From a virus: a DNA stretch of 41,835 nucleotides. Shown one piece after another: positions 20,775 through 27,738 of this stretch; within the stretch, counting starts at the first letter, position 1, and each line of letters begins with the position of its first letter. Position numbers and translations under genes: made by a program. Location of the stretch: the IMG/VR virus record IMGVR_UViG_3300045988_111952; one strand, 5' to 3'. The notes beneath the pieces were generated by a model. The model was not told the DNA's origin and searched no databases. It was given only the letters and a program-made list of their open reading frames with translations.

Positions 20775-20843
20775 GCACATGCCCTTGTAGCTCAATGGCA
20801 AGAGCCTTGGAGTGCCGGTTCAAGTCCGGCTGAGGGCATGTGC
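20775..20843 (+). ncRNA. tRNA-like module 2: long closing stem + D-arm + 8-nt linker + T-arm, no anticodon arm
   Basis: gcacatgccc pairs with gggcatgtgc. ta; D-arm gctc-aatggcaa-gagc. Linker cttggagt. T-arm gccgg-ttcaagt-ccggc. Confidence 0.55.
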
Positions 20844-21204
20844 TGGGTCGCTCCCACCGGTGAAAGCCCGGCGCAGGCAAAACGCGATAGCTAACCTAAA
20901 CGCTGTAAGCAAAGCGGCAAAGCCGATCAGGAGCGCGGCGCGATGGCAAGACGCAACGGGACTGCGAGAGCCTGAAAACTTTTGCCCGCACAGTGAAGTG
21001 CGAAAAAAACTTCAACCGCGGATAGGGGCGCGGGTATAAATACCGCCGAACACCGCAGGACTGTGCGGTATACAAATGACGCCCGCCAGCCCTGTGCGGA
21101 CAATACAGGGAATCAAAAAAAGCGTTGCGGACTTGCTCCCCGCAACGGGTGAGACCGGCATAGCAGAGACCGGTAGGGCGGGTATGGGGAATTTGGGAGT
21201 TTCT

Positions 21205-21330
21205 ATGTTGGTACTTTGTGTAATTGTGGCATACCTGTTGAAAATGCCGTTTTTGTGGGCCGCGCTTTTGCTATGTTGCGGCTTTTTGGACGACAATATT
21301 ATTTTTGCGTTTGCAAACAAGAAAAAGTAG
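21205..21330 (+). CDS. Possible small hydrophobic peptide (41 aa)
   Basis: GGGAG 5 nt before the ATG. MLVLCVIVAYLLKMPFLWAALLLCCGF is TM-like. Weak support. Confidence 0.25.
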   Translation: MLVLCVIVAYLLKMPFLWAALLLCCGFLDDNIIFAFANKKK

Positions 21331-21341
21331 GGCGGGGTGAT

Positions 21342-22835
21342 GTGTTGACGCTGGAAGAGATGCGGGAGCTTGAGCGCGAGGCGTGCAGGAAAGACCCGGT
21401 GTATTTTTGCGAAACATATTGCCACATTGAGGACAAGGACGCAGACGAGCTGATACAACCGTTTAGGCTGTGGGATGGGCAAAAGAAAGCACTGGTCGTG
21501 TTTGCCGAGAACCGGCTTGTTTGCGTGCTGAAAGCGCGCCAGTTGGGATTTACATGGCTGGCGCTGGCAGAGGTGGCGCGGCTTGTGGCGCTGAACACAG
21601 GCCGTACTGCGATTGGCTTGAGCCGGTCAGAGGACGAGGCTAAAGAGCTTGTGCGCCGCCTTGCGGTGATACTGCGGTACATGCCGGGGCTTATCCGAGA
21701 GGTGGACACGCCGGCCGGCAACGTTGCAGGCTGGACAGGGCCGGTATTCTACAAAAGCACAATGCAGGTGGTTGTGATGTGGCCGGACGGCCCGGAGAGC
21801 GTGTTTAAGGCGTTTCCGTCAAGCCCTGCTGCAGGCCGTTCGTTTACCGCTGACTTGATCGTGATAGACGAATGGGCGTTCCAGCAGTACGCGGAGGAAA
21901 TCTGGCAGGCTGCATACCCGGTTATCAACCGACCGTTCGGCGGGCGGGTCATCGGGTTGTCAACCATCAAGCTTGGCACGCTGTTTGAGGAAATCTACAC
22001 AAACCCCGGCAACGGTTTTGCAAAGCTGTTTTTGCCGTGGAGCACAGACCCGCGCCGCAGTGAGAAGTGGTACGCACAGACTGTCGCCGCGCTGGGCGAG
22101 GATAAAACGATGCAGGAGTACCCTGCAACAGAAGAAGAAGCGCTCTCCGCCCCCGGAGGGCGCTTCTTTAGTGAGCTTGACAAAGATACCCACTTGGTCG
22201 ATGCGCCGCCCACAGGGCCGCTAAGGCGCTATGTGACGATTGACTATGGCCTTGATATGCTGGCGGCGCTTTGGATTGCTGTTGACACGCAGGGCCATGC
22301 AACGGTGTACCGGGTGGACGGCGGACCGAACAAGACGATAGGTGAAGCGGCAGACTTGATTTTACGAGACTCTGCCGAGGAAGAAATAGACATGTATCTT
22401 GCACCGCCTGACCTGTGGAACCGAAGTCAGGAGAGCGGCAAGAGCCGCGCACAGCTGTTCAGCGAGGCGGGATTGCCGTTGGTGCAGAGTTCCCGAGACT
22501 TCCCGGCAGGATGCGCGGCTATGAAACAATGGCTGCGCAAGGACGAGAAAACCGGGAAAGGGTATCTGACCTTTTACAAGCCGGGCGAGCTGTGGACGTG
22601 CCTGACGAAGATACAGAAGGATGATAAAAACCCTGATGTGTATGCGAAGAACCCGCACGGCCTGACGCATTACCCGGACGCATTACGCTATTTTTGCGTT
22701 TGGTGGACAAGCCCGGCGAAAAAACCTGTGAATATACGAAAGCGGCCGTGGACGGCTGACATGTACGAGGATTACAAAAACGCAAGCCCGAAAGACCGCA
22801 AAATGCTGATTGAGAAATGGGGGAGCCCTGCATGA
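21342..22835 (+). CDS. terL: Terminase large subunit
   Basis: Walker-B-like DLIVIDEWAF. C-terminal nuclease-like half. The start is uncertain (GTG 21342, TTG 21345 or ATG 21360). The track ORF from 21216 is probably too long. Confidence 0.85.
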   Translation: MLTLEEMRELEREACRKDPVYFCETYCHIEDKDADELIQPFRLWDGQKKALVVFAENRLVCVLKARQLGFTWLALAEVARLVALNTGRTAIGLSRSEDEAKELVRRLAVILRYMPGLIREVDTPAGNVAGWTGPVFYKSTMQVVVMWPDGPESVFKAFPSSPAAGRSFTADLIVIDEWAFQQYAEEIWQAAYPVINRPFGGRVIGLSTIKLGTLFEEIYTNPGNGFAKLFLPWSTDPRRSEKWYAQTVAALGEDKTMQEYPATEEEALSAPGGRFFSELDKDTHLVDAPPTGPLRRYVTIDYGLDMLAALWIAVDTQGHATVYRVDGGPNKTIGEAADLILRDSAEEEIDMYLAPPDLWNRSQESGKSRAQLFSEAGLPLVQSSRDFPAGCAAMKQWLRKDEKTGKGYLTFYKPGELWTCLTKIQKDDKNPDVYAKNPHGLTHYPDALRYFCVWWTSPAKKPVNIRKRPWTADMYEDYKNASPKDRKMLIEKWGSPA

Positions 22836-23008
22836 GATGCCCGACTTGCGGCGTGGAGTGCCGCGTGGATTCCAGCACAGAAGTGCTGAAATTTATCTGC
22901 CGAAGCAAGCAATGCCCGCGATTTGGACAGGTTGTGGGGGAGCTGGCACCGGGAAAAGCGGTGCAGAGGGTGAGTTACCCGGTGAATTACGAGGAAAATG
23001 GTGAATAA
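22832..23008 (+). CDS. Small zinc-ribbon protein (58 aa)
   Basis: ATGA overlap with the terL stop. CPTCGVEC...CRSKQCPRF motif. Confidence 0.55.
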   Translation: MRCPTCGVECRVDSSTEVLKFICRSKQCPRFGQVVGELAPGKAVQRVSYPVNYEENGE

Positions 23009-23018
23009 GATTCACTTT

Positions 23019-23070
23019 GCCCCTCATCCGCCGCTGCGGCGGCACCTTCCCCCACGGGGGAAGGCTTGGA
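23019..23070 (+). repeat. Double-hairpin intergenic repeat, copy A
   Basis: ccctcatccgccgctgcggcggcaccttccccc-acg-ggggaaggcttgg. Two near-identical copies elsewhere. Confidence 0.9.
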
Positions 23071-23086
23071 AATTACGATAGAAGAA

Positions 23087-23117
23087 GCGTCTACCCGAAA
23101 GGGTAGGCGCTTTTTTT
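23087..23117 (+). terminator. Intrinsic terminator (GAAA loop)
   Basis: gcgtctaccc-gaaa-gggtaggcgc followed by T7. Confidence 0.8.
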
Positions 23118-23159
23118 ATACAAATTTTTAGCCGGCGGGCGTTGTACGCGGAGGAACCT

Positions 23160-23978
23160 ATGGACGAGTTTGAAAACGGCGTGACCGCTGGCGTAGCCGA
23201 CCAGAATGACGACAACCCGACAGAAAATGTGGAAACTGTGGAAAGTGAAGTGGAAAGTGCCGCCCAAAACGCGGAAACTGCCACAGAGCCGGAAATCCCC
23301 AACAATGTCTGGGCCATTGCCCGCCAGCGCAGCGAGCGAGAAGCACAGCAGCGTGTGGACAGACAGTTTGCACAGAGATTTGCCGGGTACAAAAACCCCG
23401 AGACCGGCGCGGACATCCATACGATGCAGGATTACTTTGATGCGATGGACGCGCAGAACCGCATTGCCCGACAGAAAGCGATCGAGCAGGCCACGGCGAA
23501 CCAGACAGCGGAACAGAGAGCCGCGCTGCAGCGCCTTATTGACAGCGACCCGGAAAAAGCCCGGCTGAAAGCCGAGATGGAGGAGCTGAAAGCCGCAAGG
23601 GTGAACGATGAGGCGCAGGCGGCATTTGCGGCAGACTTTGCCGTGCTGCAGAAGCTGGAGCCCAGTTTGAAGACCCCCGATGACCTTGCGAAGCTGGACG
23701 GCTTTGACAAGATGGTTGAGCTGGTGCAGAGAAACGGGCTGGACATGGTGACCGCTTATAAGGCGCTGAACTATGGCAAGGCCGTGCAGAGCGGCACGGA
23801 GGCCGGTAAGCAGGCAGCTATCAACGCGGCACGCGGCAAGGGGCATCTGGCAGCGCACGGCGGTGCCAATATGCCGGGCAAGGAAAAGACCATGAGCAGC
23901 GGGATGCTTGCGAAAGCACATGAGTATTTCCCGGACAAGAGCGATGAGGAGCTGCAGAAGCTCTACAACTCGATTTGA
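23160..23978 (+). CDS. Scaffolding protein (putative)
   Basis: GGAGGAACCT-ATG. Acidic N-terminus, long Ala/Gln/Glu-rich coiled coil. Lies immediately upstream of the capsid gene. Confidence 0.65.
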   Translation: MDEFENGVTAGVADQNDDNPTENVETVESEVESAAQNAETATEPEIPNNVWAIARQRSEREAQQRVDRQFAQRFAGYKNPETGADIHTMQDYFDAMDAQNRIARQKAIEQATANQTAEQRAALQRLIDSDPEKARLKAEMEELKAARVNDEAQAAFAADFAVLQKLEPSLKTPDDLAKLDGFDKMVELVQRNGLDMVTAYKALNYGKAVQSGTEAGKQAAINAARGKGHLAAHGGANMPGKEKTMSSGMLAKAHEYFPDKSDEELQKLYNSI

Positions 23979-24002
23979 TTTTTTGTGTAAAGGAGACTGA
24001 CT

Positions 24003-25004
24003 ATGGCAGTTATTTTTAGCAAGGCAAGCGGCCTTGCCAATGATTTTTGGAATGAGTGGGCTGACCTGCTCACCATGAAAATGAAGGACACCGACAACGA
24101 GAAGAACAACGATGACGAGCTTGTCAATGCGCTGTTCAATGTCAAGAAGTCCAAGCGTTTCGGCGAGAAGATCGCGGGCATGTCCACCTTCTCCAACTTT
24201 GAGCTTGTGGATGAGGGCGCAAGCTCCCCGCTGGACGATTTCGGCGAGAGTGAGCCGAAGCTGATTGAGCACAATGAGTTCAAGAAGGCGTTCCGCATCA
24301 CCAAGACGATGATCGAGGACAACCAGTTCGATATGGCTGCTGCCCGCTCTGCCGCTAATGTGCGTGCCTACAAGCGCAGCCGTGCAGAGTTTGGCAGCAA
24401 GGCACTGACCAGCGCCGCTGCAACATTTACCTACGGCAAGAAAACCGGGCTGGATTCCACCACCGCTGACGGCAAAGCGCTGTTTGCAAAAGACCACACC
24501 GGCAAGACCGGCGTTGCCGCACAGTCGAATGTGTTCACCAACGCTTTCGGCGATGACGATGCCATGTTGAACCGCCTTGCCAACATCGGTTTCAACTTCA
24601 AAAACGCATCCGGCAACGGCATGGGCTATGTGTTCGACACGCTGATTGTGCCCTCCAACTGCTACCGCTTGATCACGCTGGGCAAGAAGATCATCAACTC
24701 TGACCAGCAGGTGGGCAGCAACTACAACGATGTGAACGTCAACAAGGGCATGTGGAAGCTGGTGGTTGACCACCATTGGCAGGCCACTGACGGAACAGAA
24801 CCCTATATCCTGATGTCCAGTCAAGCCAACAAGGATCTGCTGGGCAATGTGTTCTATGACCGCACCGCGCTGGAGACCTTCCAGAATGTGGACACCCTGA
24901 CGCAGGATCTGATCACGTCCTGCCGAGCCCGTTTCAGCTGCGGCTTTGGTGATTGGCGGCACGTTATTTTGGGCGGCGCTGCTGCTGGTACTACCCTGAC
25001 CTAA
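24003..25004 (+). CDS. Major capsid protein (putative HK97-fold)
   Basis: AAAGGAG RBS. 333 aa. Follows the scaffold gene, with composition typical of an MCP. Call based on position and size. Confidence 0.7.
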   Translation: MAVIFSKASGLANDFWNEWADLLTMKMKDTDNEKNNDDELVNALFNVKKSKRFGEKIAGMSTFSNFELVDEGASSPLDDFGESEPKLIEHNEFKKAFRITKTMIEDNQFDMAAARSAANVRAYKRSRAEFGSKALTSAAATFTYGKKTGLDSTTADGKALFAKDHTGKTGVAAQSNVFTNAFGDDDAMLNRLANIGFNFKNASGNGMGYVFDTLIVPSNCYRLITLGKKIINSDQQVGSNYNDVNVNKGMWKLVVDHHWQATDGTEPYILMSSQANKDLLGNVFYDRTALETFQNVDTLTQDLITSCRARFSCGFGDWRHVILGGAAAGTTLT

Positions 25005-25015
25005 GGCGGTGCAGC

Positions 25016-25225
25016 ATGGTTCCTAAAGGATTGAAAATCGGGGACACCTTTGAGGACGGCAAGCGGCTGTATGTTGTGGAGGCCGTGAACGGGGACGGGA
25101 CGTATTATTCCCGGGCAGTGGAGAACAGCGAGGCTGCCCCTCATCAGTCAGCGGTCGGAGCCGCTGACGGCTTCGCCCTTGGGGGAAGCCAAGTCACTCG
25201 GAAACGGCGAACCAAGAAGCAGTAA
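25016..25225 (+). CDS. Small hypothetical protein (69 aa; head-associated by position)
   Basis: ATG at 25016. A strong terminator follows. Confidence 0.55.
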   Translation: MVPKGLKIGDTFEDGKRLYVVEAVNGDGTYYSRAVENSEAAPHQSAVGAADGFALGGSQVTRKRRTKKQ

Positions 25226-25230
25226 TTTTA

Positions 25231-25259
25231 GCGGCCCTGCTACGGCAGGGCCGCTTTTT
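25231..25259 (+). terminator. Intrinsic terminator
   Basis: gcggccctgc-tacg-gcagggccgc followed by T5. Confidence 0.85.
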
Positions 25260-25298
25260 ATCACATTTGCGGGGGCATGACCCCACAGGAGTGACGAT

Positions 25299-27182
25299 AT
25301 GAAGAAAGACGATAAGCAGACAAAAGACCTTGAAAAATGGCAGGGCAAGCTATCCAACGCGAAAGCTGCATACAGTGACACGCTGGAAAAGATGCGCAAG
25401 CGTGAGGCCATGTACTACGGCAGCCACGAGATACAGGGTGCCAAAAAGAACGCCACGAATGTGCGCAATATCATCTATGAGCTGATTGAAAGTCAGGTGG
25501 ATTCCAGCTACCCGATGCCGAAGGTCACAGCCATCCATGCGGAAGACCGGGACTTAGCGCGAAAGACCGAAAACATGCTGCGCAATCAGGCACGGCGGAT
25601 GCGGTTTATTGAACTGAATGACCGAAGCGAACGAACAGTGCCGGTGCAGGGCGCGGACTTTTTCCATGTGGAGTGGAACCCGGTTGCGGGGTATCACTGC
25701 ACGCTGGGCGATGTTGAAGTAGAGATGCGCCACCCACGGCAGGTCATTCCGCAGCCGGGTGTGTACCGCATTGAGGATATGGATTATATCTTTGTGCAGG
25801 TCTCAAAGAGCAAGGATTCGCTGGAAGCGCGGTACGGCATTACTATTGAGACCGACACAGAGGACGCGCCGGACGCGCGCGGGGGCGATGACAGCACCCA
25901 CACAGGCGTTGTGACGCAGAACATTGTCTATTACAAGCACGACAAGGGCACAGTAGGCATGTTTAGCTGGGTAGGGTGTCAGGTACTTGAAGATTTCCCC
26001 GATTATTATGCGCGCACGGCAGAGGTTTGCACGAAATGCGGACGGCGGCGCGTGGGGGATGTATGTGTTTGCGGGAACAAGAAGTTCAAAGAACAGCCGG
26101 TGCAGACCCTTACGCTGACACAGGATGTAGTGCTTAGCAGCGGTGAGGTGCTGCCTGCACAGATGATGGGCGAGGATGTGCCCATTGTGAACCCGGACGG
26201 CAGTGTACAGCTTGACAACGAGAGCGGCGAGGTCATTATGATGCCGGGCGAGATGCAGGCCAACGAGATACCGGCCTACAAACCGCATGGTTTCCCGATT
26301 GTGGAGCGGATAAACATTGCGGCATCGGACAAGTTTTTGGGCGTGTCGGATGTAGATATCATCGCTGACCAGCAGCAGGCTATCAACAAATACGGCACAA
26401 AGATTCAGGAAAAGCTGCTGAAAGGCGGCAGTTGGGTAGTGCTGCCGGAGGGCGTAAACGCGGAGCTGAACGATAACGAGCTGAAAATTTTGCGCGTGGA
26501 CAACCCGAGCCAGAAAGCCATGATCGATGTTATCAATGTGCAGCCCAATGTGCAGAACGACCAGAACATGCTGGAAATGAATTACACTTGGGCGAAATCC
26601 ACTTTGGGCATTACGGACGCATTCCAAGGCAAGTACGATTCTTCCGCTACATCGGGCAGTGCGAAGCAGTTCAGCGCGAACCAGAGCGCAGGCCGTTTGC
26701 AGAGCAAGCGCGAAATGAAGAACAACGCCTATGCGAAGCTGTACCGCATGATGTTTGAGTTTTTGCTGGCGTATGCCGATGAGCCGTACCCGATGACCGA
26801 GACAGACACGGACGGTGAACAGCAGTTCGGGCATTTTGACAGGATGGAGTTTTTGAAGCGGGACGCAGCCGGGGAATTGTACTGGAACGATGAATTTATC
26901 ATTGAGGTAGACCCGGCAAGTAACCTTGCAAGCAACCGCGAGCGGCTGTGGGACATGGTCGATTTGAAGTATCAGGCGGGCGGTTTTGGCAACATTACCG
27001 AGCCTATAAGCCAGTACCGGCTGTGGACTTACCTGAAAGAGACCGGATTCCCGTATGCAGCCACAATGCAGAAATCCATCAAAGAGGAGATGGACAGACA
27101 GGAAGCTATGCAGCAGGGGGTGATTGCAAATGACATGGCAAGAAATCAAGTTGGCAACCTTGCAGAAAATGTTCAGCTCTGA
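25299..27182 (+). CDS. Portal protein (putative), with an internal CxxC...CxC insertion
   Basis: 627 aa, GGAG RBS. Lies next to the adaptor and capsid genes. N-terminal region ...YYGSHEI...NVRNIIYELIESQVD... is portal-like. Function from context. Confidence 0.6.
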   Translation: MKKDDKQTKDLEKWQGKLSNAKAAYSDTLEKMRKREAMYYGSHEIQGAKKNATNVRNIIYELIESQVDSSYPMPKVTAIHAEDRDLARKTENMLRNQARRMRFIELNDRSERTVPVQGADFFHVEWNPVAGYHCTLGDVEVEMRHPRQVIPQPGVYRIEDMDYIFVQVSKSKDSLEARYGITIETDTEDAPDARGGDDSTHTGVVTQNIVYYKHDKGTVGMFSWVGCQVLEDFPDYYARTAEVCTKCGRRRVGDVCVCGNKKFKEQPVQTLTLTQDVVLSSGEVLPAQMMGEDVPIVNPDGSVQLDNESGEVIMMPGEMQANEIPAYKPHGFPIVERINIAASDKFLGVSDVDIIADQQQAINKYGTKIQEKLLKGGSWVVLPEGVNAELNDNELKILRVDNPSQKAMIDVINVQPNVQNDQNMLEMNYTWAKSTLGITDAFQGKYDSSATSGSAKQFSANQSAGRLQSKREMKNNAYAKLYRMMFEFLLAYADEPYPMTETDTDGEQQFGHFDRMEFLKRDAAGELYWNDEFIIEVDPASNLASNRERLWDMVDLKYQAGGFGNITEPISQYRLWTYLKETGFPYAATMQKSIKEEMDRQEAMQQGVIANDMARNQVGNLAENVQL

Positions 27183-27735
27183 CGGAACCACGATTGATGC
27201 GAACGATGATGCCATAAGCGAGTATTTGAACGCGATGCCGCAGGCAGCCAACGAAGCGCTGCAGATGCTTGCGACCGCAGGGCGGTATATCCGCAAAAGC
27301 ACGACCATTGAAAAGAGCAAGGGCGAAACCTTTGCGCTGGATATGACCAGCGAGCTAAAAGACTTTTACCGGATTGGCACGTTGGAGGTTTACAGCCTTG
27401 ACGATAACGGCGTGCCGACAGAGTACAACGGCGCCGCGTTTATGGCCGGGAAGTACATGAAATTCCCCGAAGATGCCGAGGGCATTTTTGAGATTTTTTA
27501 TGATGCAAAGCCGACAGCAATCACGCTAAACACGCCGGACGATACAAAAATCAACCTGCCGGACGATGCCGTTGTGTTGCTGCCCCTGTATATGGCAAGC
27601 CAGCTGTACAAGGATGATGATATTGCGGTGAGCACCTATTACCGCAACGAGTTTGAAGTCGCCTTTGAGCGGCTGAAAAACCCGGACAGAATGCCGACAC
27701 AGGAGAGCTGGGGCAACAATACAGGGTGGTGGTAA
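27130..27735 (+). CDS. Head-tail adaptor/connector protein (putative)
   Basis: Overlaps the portal 3' end. LLPLYMASQLYKDDD..YRNEFE resembles gp6/gp15-type adaptors. Confidence 0.55.
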   Translation: MTWQEIKLATLQKMFSSDGTTIDANDDAISEYLNAMPQAANEALQMLATAGRYIRKSTTIEKSKGETFALDMTSELKDFYRIGTLEVYSLDDNGVPTEYNGAAFMAGKYMKFPEDAEGIFEIFYDAKPTAITLNTPDDTKINLPDDAVVLLPLYMASQLYKDDDIAVSTYYRNEFEVAFERLKNPDRMPTQESWGNNTGWW

Positions 27736-27738
27736 GAG

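Larger units (their letters stand above)
19837..21204 (+). ncRNA. About 1.4 kb of ORF-free, hairpin-dense DNA; candidate large structured ncRNA locus. The strand is inferred from the terminator and tRNA-like orientation.
   Basis: No ORF with an RBS or plausible composition. G-rich repeats at 19880..20100. Plus-strand terminator at 20375..20402. Two tRNA-like modules. Many GC-rich hairpins separated by A-runs. Confidence 0.5.

Noticed and set aside
21012-21482. 156-aa minus-strand ORF, and plus-strand ORFs 20405..21039 in the non-coding region
   Set aside because: They have no RBS and cross predicted hairpins and the tRNA-like modules. The composition is not protein-like.
23091-27320. Very long minus-strand ORFs (23091..24962, 623 aa; 25803..27320, 505 aa)
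   Set aside because: They lie antisense to the scaffold, capsid and portal genes. The composition is typical of shadow ORFs (Leu/Arg/Ala/His/Val-rich), and there are no translation signals.
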